A DNA stretch of 64,000 nt from Bdellovibrionales bacterium (GTDB lineage: Bacteria > Bdellovibrionota > Bdellovibrionia > Bdellovibrionales > JAKFYE01). The stretch lies in assembly GCA_021731045.1 (NCBI GenBank), contig JAKFYE010000021.1, positions 31,577 to 95,576 of the forward strand, read 5' to 3'. Below, piece by piece: positions 1 to 10,218 of the stretch (the first letter of the stretch is position 1; each line of letters opens with the position of its first letter). The notes beneath the pieces were generated by a model. That model had not been told where the DNA came from. It searched no databases and saw nothing but the letters and a program-made list of their open reading frames with translations. A program made the position numbers and the translations under genes.

Positions 1-2
1 AT

Positions 3-416
3 GCAACTTCCCATTTAATAAAAAACTTTAAAGAGTTAAAACCACTTAAAAATTATCGAATTTTGCTTGTTGATGATTCTTTAGATAATCAACTACTGAT
101 CAGTCGAATATTAAAACTTTCAGGTGCTGAAGTTACAATTGCAAGTGATGGAGTCGAGGGTGTCGAAAACGCGTTAAGCAAAGACTTTGATGTGGTGCTG
201 ATGGACATTCAAATGCCACGTTTAGGTGGCCGAGAGGCTACGCAACAACTTCGACAAAAAGGTTTCGAAAAACCTATTATTGCTCTCACGGCCCATGCGT
301 TGAAAGAAGACAAAGATAAATGTCTAGCGATAGGTTGCAATTACTATCTTACAAAACCGATTCAGCGCAACCAACTGATTCAAACGATCGTGAGCTGTAG
401 CCACACTCACAATTAA
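3..416 (+). CDS. C-terminal receiver domain of a hybrid histidine kinase (5' truncated by window edge)
   Basis: Frame is open from position 3. Receiver motifs LVDD, LMDIQMP, IALTAHA and YLTKP match the C-termini of the kinases at 7978 and 23909. Confidence 0.85.
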   Translation, partial: ATSHLIKNFKELKPLKNYRILLVDDSLDNQLLISRILKLSGAEVTIASDGVEGVENALSKDFDVVLMDIQMPRLGGREATQQLRQKGFEKPIIALTAHALKEDKDKCLAIGCNYYLTKPIQRNQLIQTIVSCSHTHN

Positions 417-520
417 TGCTTTCGAACATTTTTTAGAAAGCGATCGAGCGCTCCAATATTTCGGAGCACTTTGTTCCAAAAAAATTTGCCTTTATTTTAG
501 ATCTCATACATAAATAGCGT

Positions 521-1279
521 ATGGAAACGATTCAACTTAAACTCAATGAGCGACTCATGCAGCTCAAGCAAAAAAATCCGCGTTTTTCTCAGCGGTCATT
601 TGCACAGAAGTTAGGTCTAAGTTCGGGTGCGCTCAATGAGATTCTACAAGGCCGACGACGCGTGTCCTATAGTTTAGCTGAAAAACTGGCAGAGAGGCTT
701 CTGCTTAGCCCCTCTGAAAAAGAGGAGTTTCTTTCTTCTTTCAAGTCGGAACAAGATGCGAAAGTTAGTCTAGAATATCTGCAAATTAACAACGACCAAT
801 TTCACGCGATTGCGGATTGGCCGCACTTTGCTATTCTTAATTTAGTAAAGGCAAAAAGCTGCGAATATACACCGCGTTGGTTCTCAGACCAACTCAATCT
901 TTCTGTTGGAAGTATTCAAACTTACTTAGAAAGACTTCTACGACTTGGCTTTTTAAAACTAGAAAAAGGTAAATATGTGCGTTCCAAGCCTCGTTACGAA
1001 ACGACGGATGACGTATTAAACCTTTCAATTCAAAAAGCTCACCTTGAAGATCTTGAATTAATTAAATACTCATTGTCTGAACTTAGTTTGAAGGAAAGAG
1101 ATACGACCTCTATAACGTTGTTGGTGGATCCCAGCAGGATGGCAGAATTTAAAAAATGGATTCGAAGCGCTCAAGATAAATTTTCTCTTAAATTTGAAAC
1201 AACAAACTCATCAGTGGTCTATCGCATGGTGATTTCTTTGTTTCCTTTGAAAAAAAACTCTAAAGGAGAAGGAAAATGA
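521..1279 (+). CDS. TIGR02147 family protein (N-terminal HTH + DUF4423-like domain)
   Basis: KNPRFSQRSFAQKLGLSSGALNEILQGRR HTH, IADWPHFAILNL, LERLLRLG and C-terminal LFPL; this family is expanded in Bdellovibrionota. Confidence 0.85.
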   Translation: METIQLKLNERLMQLKQKNPRFSQRSFAQKLGLSSGALNEILQGRRRVSYSLAEKLAERLLLSPSEKEEFLSSFKSEQDAKVSLEYLQINNDQFHAIADWPHFAILNLVKAKSCEYTPRWFSDQLNLSVGSIQTYLERLLRLGFLKLEKGKYVRSKPRYETTDDVLNLSIQKAHLEDLELIKYSLSELSLKERDTTSITLLVDPSRMAEFKKWIRSAQDKFSLKFETTNSSVVYRMVISLFPLKKNSKGEGK

Positions 1280-2253
1280 TTCAGTTACTATTACTAATAT
1301 TCGCGAATACTGCATTTGCAGCCGACCGTATCGGAAATGGCGGTGGAGTTTGGTCCTGCGAAACACCGCAGGCTATAGACAATATTATGTTTGTGGATTT
1401 TTTTGAGGCTCGAACGGAGTTTCAATTAGAAATTAAAGAAAAAAACATATTCTACTTTTCTGAGTATACGGAAAGAAAAAACTGGATTCAGAACAATCTC
1501 GATTTTGGAAATGAAATTCAAAAAAACTTTAATTTTATAGAGCAAAATATTAATTATGCCGATGCCGAACTTCAATTGATCGAGGATGCGCTCTACCGAA
1601 TTATACCTGGGTCAAGCTTTTGCCCTAATGGTAAATGGAAGTATACGCAGCTAGTGAATTTTAATGAATATAGTAAAGTATTGATCCGCAAAGATTTATG
1701 GGAGTCGCCGCTGCTCTCAAGTACATCAAAAGCTGGTGTTCTCATACATGAAGGTGTTTATTCTTACCTTCGAGAAAAGTTTAATGAGAAGGATTCCGTG
1801 AGAACACGAATTATTACCGGATTAGTTTTCTCAACTCTTTCCGATTCGGATAAAGTTCAGAAAATAAACGAAATATTGAAGGGCACTACGCCACCGCCTC
1901 CTCCACCGCCACCAGTGACTAGTTATTACTGCGCCCTTCAAGGGGACTTAGTAGGAGCAGCGTATATTGCGGAAACAAAATCAGCGACGGTTTCCACCAG
2001 CCAAGTTCAACAAGAATGTGCCATTAAAGAACATTCGAGCATTCACTGCAGTCAAAACGTTGTTTGCGAAAAAATCACTACTAGTGAAGAGCACTTTGCT
2101 TGTGGCGTAAAAGGTGGTTTTGGTAATTCTTATTCAGGTACAGGCCGAGTTCAAGTCGAAGCCCAAGCCAACGTCTTAAACGAATGTATAAAAAAAGAAT
2201 CCAGCCCCATTTTTTGTCCGAAACTTAAAGATATTATTTGTGAACAATTTTAG
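1276..2253 (+). CDS. Secreted protein with RIGNGG motif, HE motif, poly-Pro linker and two Cys-rich C-terminal repeats
   Basis: Signal peptide (AFA), DRIGNGGG, LIHEGVY, Pro8 linker and a duplicated 4-Cys module; ATGA overlap with the upstream gene. Confidence 0.8.
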   Translation: MIQLLLLIFANTAFAADRIGNGGGVWSCETPQAIDNIMFVDFFEARTEFQLEIKEKNIFYFSEYTERKNWIQNNLDFGNEIQKNFNFIEQNINYADAELQLIEDALYRIIPGSSFCPNGKWKYTQLVNFNEYSKVLIRKDLWESPLLSSTSKAGVLIHEGVYSYLREKFNEKDSVRTRIITGLVFSTLSDSDKVQKINEILKGTTPPPPPPPPVTSYYCALQGDLVGAAYIAETKSATVSTSQVQQECAIKEHSSIHCSQNVVCEKITTSEEHFACGVKGGFGNSYSGTGRVQVEAQANVLNECIKKESSPIFCPKLKDIICEQF

Positions 2254-2272
2254 AAACAAAAAGGAGTTTTAA

Positions 2273-2782
2273 ATGAAAAAATATGTATTGATGGGATTAC
2301 TCGTAGGATCAAGTTTGCTAATGGCGAGCTGTGGTTCAAAAAATTCAGATAATGGACCTGCGTCGGGAGCTACCGGGGGCCAAGGAAACTCTCAAGCGAC
2401 AGAAGTGACAGATCTTTCGCTCTGTCAAGGGAGTGAGTCTTTCAGTGGTAACCTCTATAGATCTTGGGGTAAAAACTTTACCTCGAATAATGGTTTTGAT
2501 TTTGAAATGATAATGACGTTTTCTCCGAATTACGCAGAAGTCGAAATCGTTTGTCATAAAGACGGAAATACTCTTGTAGCAAAAGCGCAATCGAGTATTA
2601 TTGTAAGCGGACAAGAGATTCGGATTTTATCAGATGATTCTACGACTGAGGCCGAAACTTTTGGAGATCTGAAGTTAACGTGTAGTGCCGCAATCAAAGC
2701 TTTAAAAATGCAATATGCATTCAAGGGTTCTTGCTTACAACTAGAATTCAATGGTGAAAAAATGCTCTACAGACCAATGTAG
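2273..2782 (+). CDS. Lipoprotein, unknown function
   Basis: AAGGAG RBS; lipobox MAS-C. Confidence 0.8.
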   Translation: MKKYVLMGLLVGSSLLMASCGSKNSDNGPASGATGGQGNSQATEVTDLSLCQGSESFSGNLYRSWGKNFTSNNGFDFEMIMTFSPNYAEVEIVCHKDGNTLVAKAQSSIIVSGQEIRILSDDSTTEAETFGDLKLTCSAAIKALKMQYAFKGSCLQLEFNGEKMLYRPM

Positions 2783-2904
2783 AGTTGAATACATATTTTA
2801 AATTTTTTTGAAATATTATAAATAATTAATTCTCATTCGTGATTGTGTGCGGCTTGCCATTGTTCCTGAAGCCTTGATAGAAATATCTGAGTAAGGAGGA
2901 GACA

Positions 2905-3276
2905 ATGGCAAGAAAAGAAACCGCGATATCTTTTTTAAAAATGACAGCTGCGGGTCACGTGCGCGCGGCTTATGCTCAATATGTGGCTCCACACTTTATT
3001 CATCATAATCAATATTTCAAAGGCGATCGCCAATCGTTAATGCTAGCGATGGAAGATGCATCTAAAAAAACTCCAAACAAAACGATAGAAACAAAGCAAG
3101 CTTTTGAAGAAGGTGACAGCGTCATTACATTTTCGCACGTCACAAGACAGAACGCCGACGATCTTAGCATCGCGGTTGTACATATTTTCAGATTTGAGAG
3201 CGATCGTATCGTAGAGCTTTGGGATTTAGGACAACAGGTTATGAAAGATTCGCCTAACGAAAATGGGATTTTTTAA
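2905..3276 (+). CDS. SnoaL-like / NTF2-family protein
   Basis: FIHHNQY, EGDSV and VVHIFRFESDRIVELWD motifs; AGGAG RBS. Confidence 0.85.
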   Translation: MARKETAISFLKMTAAGHVRAAYAQYVAPHFIHHNQYFKGDRQSLMLAMEDASKKTPNKTIETKQAFEEGDSVITFSHVTRQNADDLSIAVVHIFRFESDRIVELWDLGQQVMKDSPNENGIF

Positions 3277-3321
3277 GAGGATTTAAATTCAGTGGGTGGC
3301 AAATCTGTTGAATAAATAATA

Positions 3322-4473
3322 ATGAGAATACGTTTTGTTTTAATCTTATCGACTTTTATTATTTACACATTTTATAAATCTGTTCAACTTTGGCCAGCTC
3401 AAGGGTTGATAGCTATTTTTTTAGCCGTTTTTGTTTTTGCAATCATGTTGGGCGGAATGATCATCTATCGAACTCACATTTCTGTATTTGATAAAAATTG
3501 GTTTCAAATTGTCACGTGGTTAGGCTCACTACTGATGGGCTTTTGGGCGACGTTCATTATTATTTCTTTTCCCGTTGATATTATTCGTCTTGTTACCTTT
3601 ATTTGGAATTACGCAAGTGGCGCCTCAGAGGGCCAAATCGAACAGCAATCCGTACTTTTTTACGATGCGAATATTTTTATATTTGCTTTGTCAGGAGTTC
3701 TGTCGAGCTTTGGATTTTTAATGGTTTTGCGTGGCCCGAAGGTTAAGCAAACGACCGTAAAAATTCAAAATCTTTCCCTTTCGCTCAAAGGATTAAGGAT
3801 CGCGCAAATTAGTGATTTGCATGTAGGACCGACTATTCGTAAACGCTACGTTCAAAAAGTGGTGCACAAAACAAATCAAATACAGCCTGATATTGTGGTT
3901 TTAACCGGGGATATTGTGGATGCGCACTCCACCTCAGTCACCGCGTACTTAAACCTACTTAAAGATTTAAAATCTCGCTACGGAATTTTTTACGTTACCG
4001 GCAATCATGAATACTATTGGGATGCGGAAACGCTTATAAAAAAAATGGAAGACTTGGGTATTACATCTCTTCTAAATGAAAACGCTCTTATACAAATAGG
4101 AGACTCGCAATTAATGATGGCGGGTGTGACTGATCCTACTGGTGGGCATATGTTATTAGGCCACGCTCCTGACATTAATAAAGCGCTCGCCTCCCAGAAA
4201 GAGGCTCAATTCAAGATTTTACTCGCTCATCGCCCGGATGCATGTTTTGAAGCTGAAAAACGGGGGGTGAATTTGCAAATTTCTGGACACACGCATTCGG
4301 GACAGTTTTTTCCGTTTAGTTTGTTTATAGGTTTAGTTCACAAATACAGTCGAGGTTTGTACCGACATAAACGCATGTGGCTTTATGTAAACCCAGGAAC
4401 AGGCTATTGGGGCCCTGCGAATCGACTTGGAATCCGATCAGAAATTAGTCTTATCGTTTTAGAGCCAAGTTAA
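3322..4473 (+). CDS. Membrane-anchored metallophosphoesterase (YkuE-like)
   Basis: N-terminal TM helices; SDLH, TGD, GNHEY, LAHRP and SGHTHSGQ motifs. Confidence 0.9.
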   Translation: MRIRFVLILSTFIIYTFYKSVQLWPAQGLIAIFLAVFVFAIMLGGMIIYRTHISVFDKNWFQIVTWLGSLLMGFWATFIIISFPVDIIRLVTFIWNYASGASEGQIEQQSVLFYDANIFIFALSGVLSSFGFLMVLRGPKVKQTTVKIQNLSLSLKGLRIAQISDLHVGPTIRKRYVQKVVHKTNQIQPDIVVLTGDIVDAHSTSVTAYLNLLKDLKSRYGIFYVTGNHEYYWDAETLIKKMEDLGITSLLNENALIQIGDSQLMMAGVTDPTGGHMLLGHAPDINKALASQKEAQFKILLAHRPDACFEAEKRGVNLQISGHTHSGQFFPFSLFIGLVHKYSRGLYRHKRMWLYVNPGTGYWGPANRLGIRSEISLIVLEPS

Positions 4474-4561
4474 TAAATCATTTGTTAATAGTATAAAAAC
4501 CAGATAACACTTGCGCCTCAAATCTAAAATCTATCTTAACCTAAAGGTGATACCGAAATTT

Positions 4562-5203
4562 ATGAATCTTATTGATTGGGAATCAAAATTTGAATCAAAG
4601 ATCTCTGAGGTCGCCACTTCAGATGATCCTGCTCATGATATTCTTCATTTTAAAAGAGTGGTCGGGCTTGCGAAACAGCTGTGTGCGCGTGAAAAGGGGA
4701 ATATGGCTGTCGTTGTTCCCGCGGCCTGGCTTCATGACCTTGTGATAGTTCCTAAAAACAGTCCGCTTCGTAATCAGGCGTCACGTCTGTCTTCTGAAAA
4801 AGCCGTCGAGTTCTTAAAGACGATTGATTATCCTGCTGAGTTTCATGATGAAATTGCACACGCAATTCATGGTCATAGTTTTAGCGCAAATGTTGAGGTC
4901 AAAACTATTGAGGCCAAAATCGTACAAGATGCTGATCGTCTTGATGGATTAGGGGCAATTGGAGTCGCGAGATGCTTTGCGACAGCTGGTTTACTCAAAC
5001 GTCCTTTTTATAATGCGGTAGATCCTTTTTGTGACAATCGTACACCTGATGACTCCGAATTTACAGTTGACCATTTTTATAAAAAATTATTTAAGACAGC
5101 CGAAACTTTAAAAACACAATCGGGTAAGTTAGAGGGCCGGCGCAGAGTCGAAGTCATGAAAACATATTTGTCTGCACTCAAAGCAGAAATTTCAGATGCT
5201 TGA
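4562..5203 (+). CDS. HD-domain phosphohydrolase (YedJ-like)
   Basis: AHDILH, WLHD, QDADRLD and DHFYKKL motifs; ATG 4562 preferred over TTG 4511. Confidence 0.88.
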   Translation: MNLIDWESKFESKISEVATSDDPAHDILHFKRVVGLAKQLCAREKGNMAVVVPAAWLHDLVIVPKNSPLRNQASRLSSEKAVEFLKTIDYPAEFHDEIAHAIHGHSFSANVEVKTIEAKIVQDADRLDGLGAIGVARCFATAGLLKRPFYNAVDPFCDNRTPDDSEFTVDHFYKKLFKTAETLKTQSGKLEGRRRVEVMKTYLSALKAEISDA

Positions 5204-5303
5204 TTAGCGTGAATCTTGTTAAAATGACTCCGAAATAATTTGACTGCACCGTTTTCTTAGAAAATTTAAAAACGGATATAGTGAGAACAAGTCTCTCTCG
5301 TAT

Positions 5304-5759
5304 TTATTCAAAATCTCGAGACATCACGGTTTTTCGTCCATCGGCACGTGCGTGATTTATCGCTTCATCGCAAAGACTGCGTACAATATCGGAAAGAGTC
5401 ATCATTACTTCGGCCGATGTGTTCATTTCGGAACGTGCATTGATGTAATCTTTTAATTTTGAAGCTACGATGAGAACGTCTTTAGATGTATTCGTACTTG
5501 TTGTAGGACTCGATGTTGAAGACGGTACGATCCTGCGTGTGGTCTCAGCACTTTTAGATGGAGATGTTTTTTCTATGGCTCCCGCATCGCGATGGTTAGC
5601 GCCCGGAACATGAACTTCCCAGCAAAATACTGAGCAGAAAACATATCCTGTGCGCTGACCATTACAGGTAGAGACGCTGCAGACGTAGTACTTTTGATTA
5701 AATCCGATGGATTTTTTACAGCTGCTACATTTACGCCAAAAATCGGTCACTTCAGTCAT
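5304..5759 (-). CDS. Bacterial histone-fold protein with N-terminal zinc finger (ZZ-histone type)
   Basis: C-terminus VLIVASKLKDYI..MNTSAEV..LS..ARADGRKTVMSRDF closely resembles Bdellovibrio histone Bd0055. N-terminus has CxxC..CxxxxC..CxxxCxxxH; an S/T-rich linker joins them. Confidence 0.85.
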   Translation of the reverse strand: MTEVTDFWRKCSSCKKSIGFNQKYYVCSVSTCNGQRTGYVFCSVFCWEVHVPGANHRDAGAIEKTSPSKSAETTRRIVPSSTSSPTTSTNTSKDVLIVASKLKDYINARSEMNTSAEVMMTLSDIVRSLCDEAINHARADGRKTVMSRDFE

Positions 5760-5936
5760 TATTAAACTCTATTTTTAATTACTTCCGAGTTCACTCTGTT
5801 TTTTACAAATTTACGTAATGGTAACATAACTTTTCCCGGTGAAGTGGGAATAAGAAATAATTTTTAAATGATACGAACACCATATGAAAGTAATTAAAAA
5901 AATATGTTAATATTTTTGTAATTAGGAGAGGCTCAA

Positions 5937-6470
5937 ATGGTAAAAAAAATAGGTTTAAGTTTACTCGCCGTTTTGATTCTATTTTTAATTTATGTTTCTA
6001 CGCGTGATGGAAAATTCCTTTACGAGAGAAGTGGGGTTATAGAGGCCTCGGCAGAAAAAATATTTCCTTATATAAGTAATTTTAAACTGGGTGAGCAGTG
6101 GTCGCCTTATGAAAAAATAGATCCGAATATGAAAAAAACTTTTAAAGGTCCTGAGGGTCAAGTGGGCTCAATTATGGAATTTGAAGGAAACAAAGATGCC
6201 GGCTCAGGCCAACTAGAAATTCTAAACATTGTGCCAAATCAATTGGTAGAAATAAGATTGACGATGACAAAGCCCCTGTACGCCCAAAATTTAATTCAGT
6301 ATAAGTTAACACCAGAAAATAGCGGGACACGATTTTCATGGTCAATGTCAGGAGACGGCGGTTTTATGGGAAAACTTATTTCAATTTTAATAGATTGTGA
6401 AAAAATGGTGGGTGATCAGTTTTCCGCGGGCATTCAAAATCTTAAGTCCGTCGTAGAGGCGCATCCTTAA
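5937..6470 (+). CDS. SRPBCC / polyketide cyclase family protein
   Basis: N-terminal TM, WSPY..DP, GxGS..EGNKDAGSG and GIQNLK motifs. Confidence 0.85.
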   Translation: MVKKIGLSLLAVLILFLIYVSTRDGKFLYERSGVIEASAEKIFPYISNFKLGEQWSPYEKIDPNMKKTFKGPEGQVGSIMEFEGNKDAGSGQLEILNIVPNQLVEIRLTMTKPLYAQNLIQYKLTPENSGTRFSWSMSGDGGFMGKLISILIDCEKMVGDQFSAGIQNLKSVVEAHP

Positions 6471-6625
6471 TACCATTTCGTAAAATTTTTAAATACAGAA
6501 GAACTTGAGCTCATTATTTTATGTGAGTCGAAAGTAATAAGAAATCAAAGTGATTTATAACGTTATTGACATGCTCTTTTTTAAGCGGATGATAAATAAA
6601 ATTAAATTTCAGAAAGGCCAAACTT

Positions 6626-7669
6626 ATGATTAAAACAAAATCCTATGCTGCGTTCTCTGCGACAAGTCCACTTCAACCGTATTCATTTGAAAGACGATCA
6701 CCTCGTCCTGACGATGTGGTTATTGAAATCGCGTACTGTGGGGTCTGCCATTCAGATATTCATACCGCACGTGGGGAGTGGGGACCTACGGCTTACCCTT
6801 GTGTTCCAGGACATGAAATTGTTGGACGAGTTAAAGAGATCGGAAAAAAAGTCAAACGATTCAAAGTGGGGGATCTCGCAGGGGTAGGGTGTTTCGTAGA
6901 CTCTTGTGGTAAGTGCACAAACTGTAAATCCCATGAAGAACAGTTTTGTTCGGTACGAACCGCCTTTACTTACAACAGTACAGAACTAGACGGAAAGACT
7001 CCGACTTACGGTGGTTACTCATCTTACATCACTGTTAAGGACAAATACGTTTTAAAAATAAAAAAAGGTTTAGCATTAGAAAGAGTGGCGCCGCTGCTTT
7101 GTGCCGGTATTACTACGTACTCTCCTCTGAAAAGGTACGGAACCAAAAAAGGAAAAAAAGTTGGTGTTGTTGGTTTAGGGGGCCTAGGTCACATGGCGGT
7201 TAAAATTGCAAAAGCTATGGGCGCAGAAGTTACCGTGTTTAGTACGTCTCCAGGTAAAGAGCAGGATGCAAAAAAATTGGGCGCAAAGAATTTTATCATT
7301 ACAACGGATCAGAAAAATTTTATTCCGTTAAGCGGAAAGCTCGATCTTATTATCGATACCGTTTCAGCAAAACACGATTTTTCTTCTTATCTGAGTACAA
7401 TTAAAATTGGCGGTACTCACGTATTGGTTGGAGCGGCTCCGGAGCCCAATCAAGTCGCCGCCATGGCTTTGATTTTTGGTCGAAAAAAATTAGCAGGATC
7501 ATTAATCGGTGGAATTAAAGAAACTCAAGAGATGCTTGATTTTTGTGCCCGTAAAAAAGTTTTGGCCGATATAGAGTTAATTCCGGCATCTAAAATCAAT
7601 GAATCCTACGAAAGAACGATTAAAGGCCAAGTGAAGTATCGATTTGTGATCGATATCAAGACCCTGTAA
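6626..7669 (+). CDS. Zn-dependent NAD(P) alcohol dehydrogenase (cinnamyl-ADH / YahK type)
   Basis: CHSD, GHEIVG, structural Zn CxxCxxC..C, LLCAGIT, GLGGLG and YRFVID motifs. Confidence 0.93.
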   Translation: MIKTKSYAAFSATSPLQPYSFERRSPRPDDVVIEIAYCGVCHSDIHTARGEWGPTAYPCVPGHEIVGRVKEIGKKVKRFKVGDLAGVGCFVDSCGKCTNCKSHEEQFCSVRTAFTYNSTELDGKTPTYGGYSSYITVKDKYVLKIKKGLALERVAPLLCAGITTYSPLKRYGTKKGKKVGVVGLGGLGHMAVKIAKAMGAEVTVFSTSPGKEQDAKKLGAKNFIITTDQKNFIPLSGKLDLIIDTVSAKHDFSSYLSTIKIGGTHVLVGAAPEPNQVAAMALIFGRKKLAGSLIGGIKETQEMLDFCARKKVLADIELIPASKINESYERTIKGQVKYRFVIDIKTL

Positions 7670-7747
7670 ATAGATATTCTTTAACATTTCAGAATTGAGG
7701 AGGGCCCTTATTTTATACGTGTTACGTGTATAATAGGGGGGCCTATT

Positions 7748-7876
7748 ATGAACCATAAGAAAATCGCATTTTTTGCGGTCGTTATGATAATAGTTTTTGG
7801 AGCGACAACACTTGTTTATCCGTATATTTATAGTCCTAAACCCGCTCCAGCTGTGGTCGTTACACCTGTTAAATAG
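7748..7876 (+). CDS. Small 42-aa single-TM protein, absent from the ORF track
   Basis: Translates as MNHKKIAFFAVVMIIVFGATTLVYPYIYSPKPAPAVVVTPVK; G-rich SD about 7 nt upstream. Confidence 0.6.
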   Translation: MNHKKIAFFAVVMIIVFGATTLVYPYIYSPKPAPAVVVTPVK

Positions 7877-7977
7877 TCTGCATCCATTTAAGTTTCTAGT
7901 ATTGCGACTCTGTAAAAACTTAAATTCCAGGCAATTTAAATACTTGCAACAGCCGCAGGGGCCCTATAAAAAAAGTT

Positions 7978-10218
7978 ATGCCGTATCGCAAAAAAATACA
8001 GACTAAAAACACGCAGGTCTTAATGATTTGGCGGCAAGAGCGTGCCTATCGTGTCTGTAAAACCCTGAGCTACACGGGTATAATTTTAACTCTCATTGCA
8101 ACGGTAGCCGATTTTTTTTGGAGTGCGCCTTCAGTACTCTATACAGATTTCGTATTGCTCTTCGGCTGCGCTTTAACTCTGTATTGGATTAAAAGTTCTA
8201 CGCGACCTGAGTTTTATTGGTGGCCGCTTTATGGAGGTTTTTGGATCAGTTTTCTTCCTAGTATGTGGACAACCGGGGGAATCAACAGCCCATTTTGCGG
8301 AGTCGCTTTAGTCGGTTTGTACGCGCTGGGAACCATACTAGATGCTAAAAACCGTTCTATAATTTACTTAATTTTTGCGCTTCTTCATATTCCTATTTTT
8401 TATCTACTTGAATTATTTTATAGTCTTTCGATTGTATCGGTTCCTCCGGTAGAGCTTACCGCTATCGTAACGGGTGCCACTCTGATTGCTATTTTTGTCT
8501 GTATTCATGCAATATTGCGAACGGAACGAGAGCTGTCATTAGAGTTTGCCGAACACTATCAAAAATTAGACGCCACAAAAGAAGAATTAAAAAGCAGCGA
8601 GGCACAGTTAAGAGAGGCTCAATCCATAACCAAAATTGGAAGCTGGGAGTGGGACATCAATGCAGATCATATTTCTTGGTCAGACGAACTTTTCAAAATA
8701 TTTGAAGTAAAAAAAGAAAATTTCGATCATTCCTATAAGGCTTACTTACAGCGATTGAACCCAGATATACGTGAACAAATCCAAGCCACGATTCAAAAAT
8801 CTGTAGAAACGGGTGAGGACTTTTTTTTCGAAAATGTCATCCATACGTCTCTCGGCGAACGAATAATTCTCAGCCAAGGCCGCTGTATTAAGAATAGCGA
8901 AAACAAGATAGTAAAAATGTTGGGAACATCTCAAGATGTTACTGAACGTAGAAAAATTGAATCACAACTCATTGAGGCAAGAATAGAACTAGAAAAAAGA
9001 GTCGAAGAACGTACTCTTCAGTTAGAACAAAGTTTAGTGCGCGAAAAAACAGCGAAAGAGGTCGCTGAAAATGCGAATCAGGCAAAGATGCAATTTTTGG
9101 CTAATATGAGTCACGAAATTCGTACGCCGATGAATTCCATTTTAGGATTCTCAGAGCTGCTTATTTCAGAAAATTTATTGGTTGAAAAAGGTAAAGATTA
9201 TATTGAGCGTATTCGTGCAAATGGCACACAACTTTTACATCTTATCGATGATATTTTAGATCTATCAAAGTTTGAAGCGGGGCGGATTCCCATACAAAAA
9301 AACACGTTCTCGTTAAAAGCATTAATGGATGAATTGGTCAGTTCATTTCTGCCCGATTTAAAATCAAAAGGTCTCGCATTAGAAGTTTCAGATCAAGTTA
9401 AAGGCGAGGATATGATATTTACGGATCCTCAACGTTTAAGTCAGATTTTAGTAAACCTTCTAAGCAATTCAATTAAATTTTCTCATCGTGGCACAATTAA
9501 AGTCACTCTTAGTTTACAAGTATTGGCGGGAACAAAAAATTTAAAAATTGAAGTGGAAGATAACGGCATTGGTATTCCTACTGAAAATCAAAAAAATCTA
9601 TTTCAGCCCTTTAGTCAGGGCGATAGCTCCATCGTTAGAAAGTTTGGGGGTAGCGGACTGGGGCTTGTGCTTTCTAAGCGTATTGCGGAAGCTTTAGGAG
9701 GAAAGTTAGAATTAAAGCAAAGTATCCCAGGCCAAGGTAGCCAATTTTTTGTACAAATCCCAATCGAAAAACTCTCGGTAGAAAGTGTAATAAAACCCTC
9801 GCTGCTTAATTCCAAGAATACATTTATCGATGAGCATGAGTTTCAAAATAAAAGAATTTTACTTGTTGAAGACTCTCAGGATAATGCTTTCCTAATTTGT
9901 CGTTACATAAAATCTCTCGGCGCCGAAATCGATGTGGCTACAGACGGAGTACAAGGAGTTGAGATGTTCGAACGGCAACCTTACGATTGTATTTTAATGG
10001 ATATGCAGATGCCAAGAATGGACGGCCTTGAGGCCACGCGCCAGATTCGCGCAAAAGGATATAAAAAGCCGATTATTGCGCTCACCGCGCATGCTCTCCC
10101 AGTAGAAGCCGCTCGTTCTTTACAAGCGGGCTGTGATCTTCACTTAACTAAACCCATTAGTAGAATTGAGTTTATTAATACGATCGGTAAACAATTAAAA
10201 ATATCGAATACACTTTAA
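7978..10218 (+). CDS. Membrane hybrid histidine kinase (TM sensor, PAS, HisKA, HATPase, REC)
   Basis: GSWEWD PAS, FLANMSHEIRTP, NLLSNSIKF, DNGIGI, GGSGLGL and LMDMQMP motifs. Confidence 0.92.
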   Translation: MPYRKKIQTKNTQVLMIWRQERAYRVCKTLSYTGIILTLIATVADFFWSAPSVLYTDFVLLFGCALTLYWIKSSTRPEFYWWPLYGGFWISFLPSMWTTGGINSPFCGVALVGLYALGTILDAKNRSIIYLIFALLHIPIFYLLELFYSLSIVSVPPVELTAIVTGATLIAIFVCIHAILRTERELSLEFAEHYQKLDATKEELKSSEAQLREAQSITKIGSWEWDINADHISWSDELFKIFEVKKENFDHSYKAYLQRLNPDIREQIQATIQKSVETGEDFFFENVIHTSLGERIILSQGRCIKNSENKIVKMLGTSQDVTERRKIESQLIEARIELEKRVEERTLQLEQSLVREKTAKEVAENANQAKMQFLANMSHEIRTPMNSILGFSELLISENLLVEKGKDYIERIRANGTQLLHLIDDILDLSKFEAGRIPIQKNTFSLKALMDELVSSFLPDLKSKGLALEVSDQVKGEDMIFTDPQRLSQILVNLLSNSIKFSHRGTIKVTLSLQVLAGTKNLKIEVEDNGIGIPTENQKNLFQPFSQGDSSIVRKFGGSGLGLVLSKRIAEALGGKLELKQSIPGQGSQFFVQIPIEKLSVESVIKPSLLNSKNTFIDEHEFQNKRILLVEDSQDNAFLICRYIKSLGAEIDVATDGVQGVEMFERQPYDCILMDMQMPRMDGLEATRQIRAKGYKKPIIALTAHALPVEAARSLQAGCDLHLTKPISRIEFINTIGKQLKISNTL

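Noticed and set aside
7797-8006. 69-aa ORF from the track
   Set aside because: It has a TTG start without an SD; the overlapping 7748-7876 frame has better start signals and a clear TM helix.
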